Positions 1 through 8,799 of a stretch of 64,000 bases of DNA are shown piece by piece. The notes under the pieces were generated by a model. The model saw only the letters and a list, made by a program, of their open reading frames with translations. It was not told the DNA's origin and searched no databases. Position numbers and translations under genes: made by a program. This DNA comes from an uncultured Planctomycetota bacterium (GTDB lineage Bacteria; Planctomycetota; Planctomycetia; Gemmatales; Gemmataceae): contig CAWKHF010000005.1 of the NCBI GenBank assembly GCA_963849325.1, forward strand, positions 864,001 to 928,000, written 5' to 3'. Each line of letters begins with the position of its first letter. Positions within the stretch are counted from its first letter, which is position 1.

Positions 1-194
1 AGGAACATCGGACTGATGTGCGCCCGCATCTGGGACATCGGCAATTGCATCATTTGCCAATGCCAATTGACGTAGGTATCGTAGTTCCTGCGGGTGGCGG
101 GGTTGCCGTCTTTCTTGAGTTTGAGCAGTGCATCGACAAATGTCTTACGTTGGCTTGGAGAGAGGCTTCGATAGTTGACACGCTTGACCGCCAT
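1..194 (-). CDS. Tyrosinase family protein, N-terminal part (runs off the window edge)
   Basis: Not in the ORF track. Manual translation from ATG at 194: MAVKRVNYRSLSPSQRKTFVDALLKLKKDGNPATRRNYDTYVNWHWQMMQLPMSQMRAHISPMF. This matches the tyrosinase N-terminus (R.N...L...E/Q...FV.A.L.LK...YD..V..H ... AH..P.FLPWHR, CuA histidines). AAGGA RBS upstream. Confidence 0.85.
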   Translation of the reverse strand, partial: MAVKRVNYRSLSPSQRKTFVDALLKLKKDGNPATRRNYDTYVNWHWQMMQLPMSQMRAHISPMF

Positions 195-390
195 GAACTT
201 GTCCTTTGTTGAGGACTCATTTGTGGAGGCCGAACGACAAGGAGCAGCAGCCAGCTCACGCGGGCTAAAGCGCTAACACTTTAGACTTCCATCGCGTGGA
301 CGGTCTGCTGCTGCAATTGGTTCGGTTCAGTTCTTCAGAGCGTTTCCTTATAAGCCCTTCTTTTCCGACTCTTTCCTGAGCCGTTTCCTG

Positions 391-846
391 TCAAGGGATG
401 TCTTGTGGAAGATTGGGCAACGCCTCCGAAGTCCCAGGGAAATTAGCACCTGCTGCCGACGAAGTTGTTTGTATGGGACCAAAGTTGTTCATCACCTGAT
501 TGATATCCGGCGTTTTGTGGTTCAACAGTCCAAAGTTGTTGGGACTGGAGTTCGGATCGTAGCCGGGGTAGTTCGGGCTTGGACAATAACACCAATAAGC
601 CCCATTGGGATATTGGTTGCCCATGTCATCACTGGTTGGGTACGGAGTATAACAGAGGAAGTAGCTTGACAGCGAAGGAAGGGGGTAGAACACGACAAGG
701 AATACGAGCCAGGGATCTTGTGGCCCAGCATTATCTGGTTTGTACCGGCACTGCTTACGGTAGTGATCCCCACGATTCTCCCACTGGTTCTCAAAGGTGT
801 ACTGCATACGTCCTCCTACAAAGTCTTTTCCAAAAGACTCAGGCAT
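391..846 (-). CDS. Hypothetical Tyr/Pro-rich protein upstream of the tyrosinase
   Basis: 151-aa ORF, co-oriented with the tyrosinase, in a lower-GC region. Confidence 0.6.
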   Translation of the reverse strand: MPESFGKDFVGGRMQYTFENQWENRGDHYRKQCRYKPDNAGPQDPWLVFLVVFYPLPSLSSYFLCYTPYPTSDDMGNQYPNGAYWCYCPSPNYPGYDPNSSPNNFGLLNHKTPDINQVMNNFGPIQTTSSAAGANFPGTSEALPNLPQDIP

Positions 847-1196
847 TAACCTACATCACCCAGCAAGACGCAGTTGAATGCCTGCGGCCACAAGGAACCC
901 GGCTTTGTAGCCTGCACTGGGCTTTGGGCCGGAACAGAATTAGATCGCGGTGCGCGCGACCTAGCCAGTTACGCATGCTGATGGCCCACTGAATGTCTGC
1001 GGTAGAATCCGGTCCTATGCATTGGGTTTACCCACGATCGCCGACAAGCAATAGCGGATGCTTGCCGCTGATTCCACACAACTTGTCGCGGCGTTCCGGC
1101 GATTTCCCGAGAAACCGAGTCGAGTGTACTCGCTGCTGTCCAAATCTACGGAGCCGCGGATCAGCGAACGGATTGTCCCATGCAATCCGCCGTTGT

Positions 1197-1229
1197 CTAC
1201 TGTCGCTCTACTGTCGCTCTACTGTCGCT
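1197..1229. repeat. 11-bp tandem repeat (CTACTGTCGCT)x3 overlapping the stop codon
   Basis: Three exact copies read directly from the sequence. Confidence 0.9.
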
Positions 1230-1580
1230 CGTCTTGCGGTACTCCCAGGCCACGCCGGTGCCCTGGCGGATGACGTGGAAACGGAGCAGCGACACGCGCT
1301 GCCGCCGGTTGAGGTTCGTCACCGCCATCCGCAAGCGTTGCTTCGGCTCCTGCTCGTCTTTCCCCGCCAGAGGATCGTCGATGCTCCAACTCCAGTTGTC
1401 CTCCTGGAACGTCCGGACGATGATCTCCTGAGCGTCCGATTCCTGCGTGAAGCGTTTGACGAGCACGCCACCGACATGCAGCACGCGACGTTCTTCGTCG
1501 TAACAGGGCGTCTCGCTCCCACCCTCCGCGCAAACCGTCTTCGCGGAGGCCCGTTGGCCTCGATTGCGTTGCCCACTCAT
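1197..1580 (-). CDS. Planctomycete-type putative winged-helix DNA-binding protein
   Basis: Motif pattern P.YD..RR.L.VGG.LVK.F...QE.I...FQE..W...IDDPL...PKQRL...LNRRQ. Confidence 0.65.
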   Translation of the reverse strand: MSGQRNRGQRASAKTVCAEGGSETPCYDEERRVLHVGGVLVKRFTQESDAQEIIVRTFQEDNWSWSIDDPLAGKDEQEPKQRLRMAVTNLNRRQRVSLLRFHVIRQGTGVAWEYRKTSDSRATVERQ

Positions 1581-1933
1581 GGTTGTCTCGCTGTCTGGGG
1601 ATGAAAAGTGCGAGGGGTTCAGATTCCTCTATATATTCCATCGAAATCGGCGCGCGAAATCGGACAAGAATTCCGACTATTTTTCCGATTTTTTCTCAAG
1701 TTGTTGCTAGAGACGAGAAAGGCTGTGCACTGAACGTATTTGCAGACATAAGCACGGAAGGAGATCACGGGTCCATTTTACGGGGAGCCGAGCGTCACGC
1801 GCGACGGTTGTGACGAGCGTGCTACGCGCTGCTTTCCGCTGTCTATGACCTTGCCGGCAAATCGCATTGCGACCCCCACCGTCGAAACGGCACAATCGAG
1901 TAAGTCCAGCGCCGGCATCGCTTCGCGGAACAC

Positions 1934-2629
1934 GTGGGGGCAAGTGTGAACACCATCGCTGAATGCACCGTACCGGAAAAAATCCTCCTGGCCGCCTTCC
2001 AGCTCGAAGAACAGGGCCAATCGCCCTTCAGCGCCGAGGCGCTCATCGTCGCGGCCTGGCAGAAGTATCCGCGCACCTTCGGCCTGAAAGGCTACGACGA
2101 GCAGCACCCCGACTCGAACAAGGTGCTGGCCAGCATCATGGGCGAGAAGGGACTGACGCGGCGCGGCTGGCTCAGCAAGCCGGCCCAGAAGTTGTACGCC
2201 CTCACGCACGACGGCCGCCGCGTGGTGCGCCGCCTGCTGCAAGGCGACGACCAGCCGGAAGTCGTTCACAAGGACCGGCCCGTCAAGCTGACGAAGGAGC
2301 ACGACAAGCTGCTGCAAGGGCTGTTCGTCGCCTCGGCCTACGAGAAGTTCCGCGAGGGCCGGCAGCAAGAATTGACCTTCGCCGACGGCTGCCGTTTCTG
2401 GAGCATCACCGAAAACCTGTCCGGCGAGGCGCTCGACGCTCGGCTCGACCATCTGCGGGCGACGCTGGCCGAGGTCGAACGGCAGATCGGCCTGGGCAGC
2501 GCCAACCTCGGCGACGGCCACAACGTCACCCTCGACGACATCGGCCTGCTGTGCGACATCCACAACCATCTGCTGCAGCGCTTCAGCCGCCATCTCACCC
2601 TGTTGCGCAACCGGGCAGGGAAGTCGTGA
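1934..2629 (+). CDS. Conserved hypothetical protein, probable N-terminal winged helix
   Basis: 231-aa ORF with host-like GC3 codon bias; start uncertain. Confidence 0.7.
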   Translation: MGASVNTIAECTVPEKILLAAFQLEEQGQSPFSAEALIVAAWQKYPRTFGLKGYDEQHPDSNKVLASIMGEKGLTRRGWLSKPAQKLYALTHDGRRVVRRLLQGDDQPEVVHKDRPVKLTKEHDKLLQGLFVASAYEKFREGRQQELTFADGCRFWSITENLSGEALDARLDHLRATLAEVERQIGLGSANLGDGHNVTLDDIGLLCDIHNHLLQRFSRHLTLLRNRAGKS

Positions 2630-3509
2630 CGGCGGCGTCCTCGAAGCGCAGCCGCGAGCCGGCCACGTAGTCGGCGTTGATCTCGACGCTCAGCCAGCGT
2701 CGCTCCAACCGCTCGGCGACGTGGCCGGTCATGTTGCTGCCGGCGAACGGATCGAGCACCAGTTGGCCCGGCTCGGTCAGAAAGCGGATGAAGAACTCCG
2801 GCACCGCCGCCGGGAAACGAGCCGGGTGGATCGGCAGGCCGGCGGCGCGGCAGCGGCGGAAATACTCGTCGCTGGAGCGCGTGTTCGGCACTTGCAGCAG
2901 GTTCGGCGGGATGGCGCCGCCGTTGTCGCGGCGAAAGTGTGGGCCAATGTCGTGCTGCGACGGCCGCTTGGCCGTCTGATAGCCGTCGCGCAATAGGCGT
3001 CGCATGGAACGGCTGTACGGCCGCAGCACACGGCGGTTGTCGGCGCGCGGCGACTCCGTCTTGGACAGCCACCAGAACGTGTTGACCGCGTCCTTGACGC
3101 GCGTGCGGCGAATCGTCACCCACTCGGCCGGCGTCGGCAGTTTGCTCGGGTTGTACCAGTAGAATTCCTGGGCCAGATGGAAGACGCGGCACAGGCGCAG
3201 GAGCAGTTCGTACTGGTACAGGGAGCGCGTGCCGCTGCCGCGGTTCCAGGCGCCGCCGAGGTCGAAGACGAAGCTGCCGCCGGCGTCGAGCACGCGCTGG
3301 ATCTCGACGGCGAACGGCCAGAACCACTCGACGTATTCCGACGCATCGACGTTGCCGTAAGCCTTGCGCCGCCGCAGGGCGAACGGCGGCGAGGTCAGCA
3401 CCAGGGCCACCGAATTGTCCGGCAGCTGCCGCAGCACCTCCAGCGCATCCGCTTCGTAGCACTCACCTTGGGCCGTGGTGTAGCGCGGCTCTCGTCCTGT
3501 CTGGATCAC
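2595..3509 (-). CDS. Site-specific DNA methyltransferase (N4-cytosine/N6-adenine, beta class)
   Basis: TSPPF catalytic motif, HPARFP, LDPFAGS SAM-binding motif; GTG start after GGAGG. Confidence 0.92.
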   Translation of the reverse strand: MIQTGREPRYTTAQGECYEADALEVLRQLPDNSVALVLTSPPFALRRRKAYGNVDASEYVEWFWPFAVEIQRVLDAGGSFVFDLGGAWNRGSGTRSLYQYELLLRLCRVFHLAQEFYWYNPSKLPTPAEWVTIRRTRVKDAVNTFWWLSKTESPRADNRRVLRPYSRSMRRLLRDGYQTAKRPSQHDIGPHFRRDNGGAIPPNLLQVPNTRSSDEYFRRCRAAGLPIHPARFPAAVPEFFIRFLTEPGQLVLDPFAGSNMTGHVAERLERRWLSVEINADYVAGSRLRFEDAAVTTSLPGCATG

Positions 3510-3560
3510 GTCGTTCCTCCTTGAATTCGTCCGCGCGCTAGCGCGAGAGCCAGGGGCCAT

Positions 3561-3622
3561 CTCTCCGAGCCTGAAGCGTAAGCGAAGGAGCATCCCTTCG
3601 CTTACGCTTCAGGCTCGGAGAG
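3561..3622. repeat. REP-like palindrome, family A (second copy at 30142-30197)
   Basis: 28-bp arms CTCTCCGAGCCTGAAGCGTAAGCGAAGG and its reverse complement. Confidence 0.9.
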
Positions 3623-3778
3623 GAGTACGAGGCGCCCGCGGCGCGGTCCCTTCGTTGGGCAGAGTTATTGATACCAGCGGAGAGCGCGAAGGCGAAGGGG
3701 AAGTTGAGAGACGGGGCGATCCAGGATACAATGCGGGGCGTGTTCGCGTGGCGCGGCAGAGGCATGGAGGATCGGCTT

Positions 3779-4594
3779 ATGAAATCACCATTTCCGGGCA
3801 TGGATCCCTACATTGAAGACCGTGGCTTGTGGGGAGATTTCCATCATAATCTGATCAGCGAGATTTGCCGCTGTCTCGCCGACGTTGTCTCGCCGCGCTA
3901 TCTGGTACGTACCGGAGAACGCTTTTACCTGGTGCTGGTGGGCGCGGAGGGTAAGGAGGACCGCCCTTTCTATCCCGATGTCAGCACCACCACCCACCGG
4001 AGCCGGAAAAAACCCGCGAACAAAAAGGGAGGAGCGAAGGTCGCGGAGACCGGCGCCGGCCCGCAACCCGTGAAGATGCGCGCCTTCATCACCGAAGAAC
4101 ACCGCGAGAGTTTCTTGGAAATCTTCGAGGCGGAACCGGAGCAACGCCTGGTGACGACGATTGAGGTCCTTTCTCCATCCAATAAGCGCCCCGATACGCC
4201 GGGTTGGGAGCAGTATCAGCGGAAGCGACAGAGCTTACTACTCAGCGGTCTCAACTTGGTCGAGATCGACCTGCTGCGCGGCGGCCAGCGCTTGCCAATG
4301 CTGGATCCGTGGCCAGATTCCCCCTATACCTTGCTGGTGTCGCGCGGAGACTGGTTTGATCGCTGCGACGTTTGGCCGGCCCATTTCCAGGAGCCGCTCC
4401 CTGTCATCCCCGTACCGTTGGCCAAACCCGACCCCGACATTCCGCTCCCCCTTCAACCCTTGATCGAGACGATTTACCAGCGCTCCCGCTACGCGGCCAG
4501 CATCGACTATCGCAAACCGCTGACTCCGCCATTGACCGCCGAGGAGATGAGTTGGCTAAAAGGACGCCTCCGCCAGCGGCAGAGCCAGACATGA
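3779..4594 (+). CDS. DUF4058 family protein (PD-(D/E)XK-like)
   Basis: MKSPFPGMDPYIE start, IEVLSPSNK, LVEIDLLRGG, IDY motifs. Confidence 0.9.
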   Translation: MKSPFPGMDPYIEDRGLWGDFHHNLISEICRCLADVVSPRYLVRTGERFYLVLVGAEGKEDRPFYPDVSTTTHRSRKKPANKKGGAKVAETGAGPQPVKMRAFITEEHRESFLEIFEAEPEQRLVTTIEVLSPSNKRPDTPGWEQYQRKRQSLLLSGLNLVEIDLLRGGQRLPMLDPWPDSPYTLLVSRGDWFDRCDVWPAHFQEPLPVIPVPLAKPDPDIPLPLQPLIETIYQRSRYAASIDYRKPLTPPLTAEEMSWLKGRLRQRQSQT

Positions 4595-4614
4595 GGAACA
4601 CGATCCTTCGGGAC

Positions 4615-4857
4615 TCAGACGGAGGCGGCGTCGCCGTCCTCGACCTGGCGAAAGTCGGCGGCGCGGCGGAGGAGACGGTAACAAGCACGCTCCAGCCCGA
4701 GCAATTCGCCGCGCGTCGCGGCGACCAGCTCGTAATACAACGCCTCCACCGCCTCCAGGGCGAACGACTCGTCACCATCGAAGGCCAGCAGGGCCGGCGC
4801 CTCCGGCCGCAGTGTCGCGTACAACAGCAAATCATCGAGTAAACAGCGGATCGTCAC
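4615..4857 (-). CDS. Small hypothetical protein
   Basis: C-terminal 80 aa of ORF 4615..5253; GTG start, good codon bias. Confidence 0.55.
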   Translation of the reverse strand: MTIRCLLDDLLLYATLRPEAPALLAFDGDESFALEAVEALYYELVAATRGELLGLERACYRLLRRAADFRQVEDGDAASV

Positions 4858-5035
4858 CGGCGCGTTCCCTTCCCCTGAAAGCGCTCGTTCGCGTTCTCCT
4901 CTCTCAGCGTAACGCGGCGACCGATCCGGCTCCAAGGTCGGTAGGCGCGAATGCTTCTCAAAGCGACGGCCGGCGCCTAGGATGGACTTGCCTCCGCACC
5001 GGCGCGGAGGCGAACCGCCCCGCGGGAGCCAGCTC

Positions 5036-6229
5036 ATGAATGACGTACCCGAATCGGCCGGCAATCCGCCGGTCCCTCCGCCGCCTCCGCCGCACGGGAG
5101 GGCCGCCCCGCTCGGCTCGCGGGGCCAGCCGACGCCCAACACCTCCATGCTCGGCTGCGCCTTCGCCTTTTCCTTCGCTCTCAACCTGCTGGCCGGACTC
5201 GTGATCCTCGCCGGCTGCCTTGGCCTGTTCGTGGTCAAAAAGCCCGACGTCATCCCCCTGGCCGAACAGCACTACGCGGGCCAGAAAGGGGCCAACGACA
5301 AGGTCGCCGTCATCACCCTGGACGGCGTCATCCTCGAAGGATTGCTGTCCTACGTCCGCAAGCAGATCGAGCAGGCGGCCGGCGACAAATCCGTCAAGGC
5401 CGTCGTCCTTCGCATCAACAGCCCCGGCGGCAGCATCACCGCCAGCGACGATCTCTACCGCCGCCTCACCGAGCTGCGCGACGGCAATCCCCGCAAGGAC
5501 CGCAACGGCAAACCGCTCGTCGTCTCGATGGCCGGCATGGCCGCTTCGGGCGGCTATTACGTCGCCATGCCCGCACAGACCGTCTTCGCCGAGCGAACCA
5601 CCCTGACCGGCTCCATCGGCGTCTACGTCTCGTTGCCCAACGTCAAGGAACTGGGCCAGAAAATCGGCGTGTCGCTGAACACCATCAAGCAGGGCCAAAT
5701 CAAGGACAGCGGCTCACCTTTCCACGACATGACCCAGGACGAACGGCAGGTATGGCAGGACATGATCGACAACGCCTACCAGCATTTCGTGCAGGTCGTC
5801 GAGAAAGGCCGACCGGCCCTGGCTGGCGGCAAGCTCCTGGAACCGTTGAAGATAACGCCCCTCCAGGCAGGTCCGGCGTTCCGGAAAAACGGCGAAAAGC
5901 GTGAGCCGTACACCCGCTACTTGGCCGACGGCGGCGTGTGGACCACCGATCAGGCGCTCCAGCATCGGCTTATCGACCAGATCGGCACGCTCGACGATGC
6001 CATCCAGGCGGCCCACGACGCGGCCGGACTCGGCGACCATTACGAGGCCATCCAGTACGAACGGCCCCTCACTCTCCTCGGCCTGCTCGGCTTCGGCGTC
6101 CATTCGCCGACGCCTCCCGCCGGCTCTCTCCTCGACCCGTCGCGCCTCGAAGCCGGATTCATGCCTCGTCTGTGGTATCTTGCGCCGGGGGCCGAGGCGT
6201 CCGGGTTCCTGGCGGCAACGCGGGAGTAA
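5036..6229 (+). CDS. sppA: Signal peptide peptidase SppA (S49)
   Basis: N-terminal TM helix; LRINSPGGS, AASGGYY, TGSIGV motifs. Confidence 0.92.
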   Translation: MNDVPESAGNPPVPPPPPPHGRAAPLGSRGQPTPNTSMLGCAFAFSFALNLLAGLVILAGCLGLFVVKKPDVIPLAEQHYAGQKGANDKVAVITLDGVILEGLLSYVRKQIEQAAGDKSVKAVVLRINSPGGSITASDDLYRRLTELRDGNPRKDRNGKPLVVSMAGMAASGGYYVAMPAQTVFAERTTLTGSIGVYVSLPNVKELGQKIGVSLNTIKQGQIKDSGSPFHDMTQDERQVWQDMIDNAYQHFVQVVEKGRPALAGGKLLEPLKITPLQAGPAFRKNGEKREPYTRYLADGGVWTTDQALQHRLIDQIGTLDDAIQAAHDAAGLGDHYEAIQYERPLTLLGLLGFGVHSPTPPAGSLLDPSRLEAGFMPRLWYLAPGAEASGFLAATRE

Positions 6230-6275
6230 ATCGCAACCTCTTGCTTTCAAAGAACATCTGCCGAGGAAAGTAGCG

Positions 6276-6635
6276 ATGAGCACCTTGCTTCGGTCTCGAC
6301 CGCTCTGGCGAGCAGTGCTTCTTCTCCTAACTCTTTTGGTCTTTGGGGCTTCCGATGTGGGCTTCACTCAGGAGCAGGTCAAGGAAGATCCGGCGTCCGC
6401 CTTCGCCAAGCTGGAGAGTGGCATGACCGCCGACCAGGTGCGCCAACGAGTAGGAACGCCCAAGCACATCGCCCGGCAGATCCTCTATCATCGCTACCTC
6501 GAACAATGGATCTACGATGGCCCGGTCGCCGCTCGCCTCCAGTTCGATTGTCCCCGCGGTCAGCAACCGCAACTGCTGTGGAAACGAACCCTTACGGATA
6601 AAGCCCGCCCCGGTCGGGGAGTCGGCCCGCGTTGA
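6276..6635 (+). CDS. Secreted hypothetical protein (SmpA/BamE-like GMT..QV...G.P motif)
   Basis: Signal-peptide-like N-terminus; GMTADQVRQRVGTP...EQWIY. Confidence 0.6.
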   Translation: MSTLLRSRPLWRAVLLLLTLLVFGASDVGFTQEQVKEDPASAFAKLESGMTADQVRQRVGTPKHIARQILYHRYLEQWIYDGPVAARLQFDCPRGQQPQLLWKRTLTDKARPGRGVGPR

Positions 6636-7046
6636 CGGAGGTTCGGTCCCGCCGACGCCAAGGCCCGTATCACTCCCCAAGTGTCGGCGCAGGACGGAAA
6701 CGCCCCTTTTCCCCTGCAATCCGCAGATCGCGTTCGTCTATCCTTTCCCGACGAATAATCCGAGCGATTCGACGAAAAGACTCAAGGTTGCAAGCGCTTC
6801 GGACGCTCGCTCGTCTTTTTGTCGGATATACTTGGATCGCTTACGGCCCAACTCAGACGCAGCGGAATGAGAGTAGCCTATTCTGTCCGATGCGCCACCG
6901 ATGGCTGTAAATCCGGCAGCGAAGTGTTCAATAATGGATCAGACCGGCAAGGATCGCGGCGGCATTCGTGAGTTTTTTTTGCTGGAACTGCTCATTTTAT
7001 CGCAACTTATGAATGAGAACGGCAAAAGATCGCTAAGAGAGGAAAA

Positions 7047-7062
7047 CGGCACAAAGATTGCT
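7047..7062 (+). promoter_or_regulatory. Putative sigma54 (-24/-12) promoter
   Basis: CGGCAC-AAAGA-TTGCT fits YGGCAC-N5-TTGCW; lies in a ~600-bp intergenic region. Confidence 0.7.
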
Positions 7063-7231
7063 TTCCTACGGGAGTTGGGATCTTTCCTTCTTATTCCCTG
7101 GAACGGAGTGGGGCAAGGCTCAGCGATCGGATCGAACGGGCGGATTGTCCGAACGGACGGACGGTCTCTGAGGGCTGGGTCCCGTCCCAACCTGGCAACC
7201 GAGTTTCATCCTTTGAGTGAGGTGGTCAGTC

Positions 7232-7708
7232 ATGGCACGACGAGACGCATTACTGCGACTGCATAAATCGCTCTTGAGTCGCCGATCGGACATCCGCAAG
7301 AAGCTGGCGGATGAGCTGGATGGTTTGCGGAACCTCAAGGGGCACGACGCGACCGGAGACTCGGCCGACGTCGCCTTCGAGTCGGGCAGCGAAGAGATGG
7401 CTTCGCAGTTGGCCGAACTGGACGCGCGCGAGCTGAACCAGATCGAGCGCGCCTTGCTGCGGCTGAAGCAGGGCACTTATGGCGGCTGCGAGGTCTGCGG
7501 CTGCCGCATCCCCATCGGCCGGCTCAACGCCTTGCCGTACACGACCTTGTGCATCGCCTGTCAGCGCGAGATGGAAAAGTATCCCGACTGGGCCGACCAT
7601 CGCTCCGTCGGCAGCTGGGAGAAAGTCTACGACGCCGCCACGCCGCTGGAGGAGCAGCGCGAAGTGGACCTCTCCGAAATCGAGATCGACCTGTCGAGCA
7701 ATCGCTAA
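7232..7708 (+). CDS. dksA: TraR/DksA family C4 zinc-finger transcription factor
   Basis: Coiled coil with DSADVA tip; GTYG.CEVC...RL.ALP.TTLC..CQ. Confidence 0.9.
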   Translation: MARRDALLRLHKSLLSRRSDIRKKLADELDGLRNLKGHDATGDSADVAFESGSEEMASQLAELDARELNQIERALLRLKQGTYGGCEVCGCRIPIGRLNALPYTTLCIACQREMEKYPDWADHRSVGSWEKVYDAATPLEEQREVDLSEIEIDLSSNR

Positions 7709-7741
7709 TCGCTCTCCGCGATCCGCAATCCGTCAAGCAAC

Positions 7742-7773
7742 GGGCCGCGTCTCCTCTTCCGGGGACGCGGCCC
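7742..7773 (+). terminator. GC-rich hairpin after dksA, possible terminator
   Basis: GGGCCGCGTCTCC...GGGGACGCGGCCC; weak U tract. Confidence 0.4.
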
Positions 7774-7839
7774 TCCTCATTTGTCCCTCCGCGATCCGTA
7801 GAATGTCCTCGCTCATCCCCGCACGGAGGATCGTCGATC

Positions 7840-8744
7840 ATGCCGGACTTCGTGGTCGTGGCCACCTGGCCGTTCGGACAGACGGCGGTGAAAGCCGCCG
7901 CGTCGCTGCTGCAAGCGAACCAATCCGCCCTCGACGCCGCCCTGGCCGGCGCCAAGCCGTCGAGGACGATCCCACGGTCCACTCGGTCGGCTTCGCCGGC
8001 CTGGGCAACGCCGTCGGCACGGTGCAACTGGACGCCTGCGTCATGGATGGCCGCACGCTGAGCTGCGGCGGCGTCGCCGGTCTGGAGAACGTCCGCCACG
8101 CCGCCGCCGTGGCTCGCCGCGTCATGGAGAAAACGCCGCACGTCCTGCTCGTCGGTGAGGGGGCCAAGCTGTTCGCCGTGCAGCAGGGCTTCGCCCTGGA
8201 GACGCTGCACACGCCGGAGAGCGTGGCCGAGTGGGAGAAGAAACGTCCCAGGGGCCGACCGCGGCCGGAGACGCCGATGGGTTCGCCGTCGGGCAGTCAC
8301 GACACGGTGACGGTGCTGGCGCTGGACCGTCGCGGTTCGCTGGGCGGCGTGTGCAGCACGTCGGGCTTGGCGCACAAGCTGCCCGGCCGCGTCGGCGATT
8401 CGCCGCTGATCGGCGCCGGCCTGTACGTGGACGACACGGCCGGCGCCGCCGGCGCGACCGGCGTCGGCGAGGAGGTCATTCGCCTCGGCGGCAGTTTGCG
8501 CATCGTCGAGGCGCTGCGGGCCGGCAAAAGTCCGCAGGAGGCGTGCGAGTCGGCGGTGCGCACGGTCAACACCGTGGCCGTGCGTCGCGGCGTGCATCCG
8601 GCGCGGGTGGCGTTTGTGGCGCTGGACCCGCGTGGCCGCGTCGGCGCCGCCTGCACCGAGCAAACGGGCTTTCAGTACGCCGTGGCCCGGCCCGGCTCGG
8701 TCGAGCTGCTCAAGGCGAAGGAGATCGGCGTCGAGGGGAAATGA
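7840..8744 (+). CDS. Glycosylasparaginase/isoaspartyl peptidase (Ntn hydrolase); apparent indel near 7955
   Basis: ATWPFG, VQLDACVMDG, HDTV nucleophile Thr, GRVGDSPLIGAG, GATGVGEE. Confidence 0.9.
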
Positions 8745-8799
8745 GGAACGAGCCGCTGGCGGCCTGACGCGAATCGTCAAGCCGCCAACGGCTCATGGG

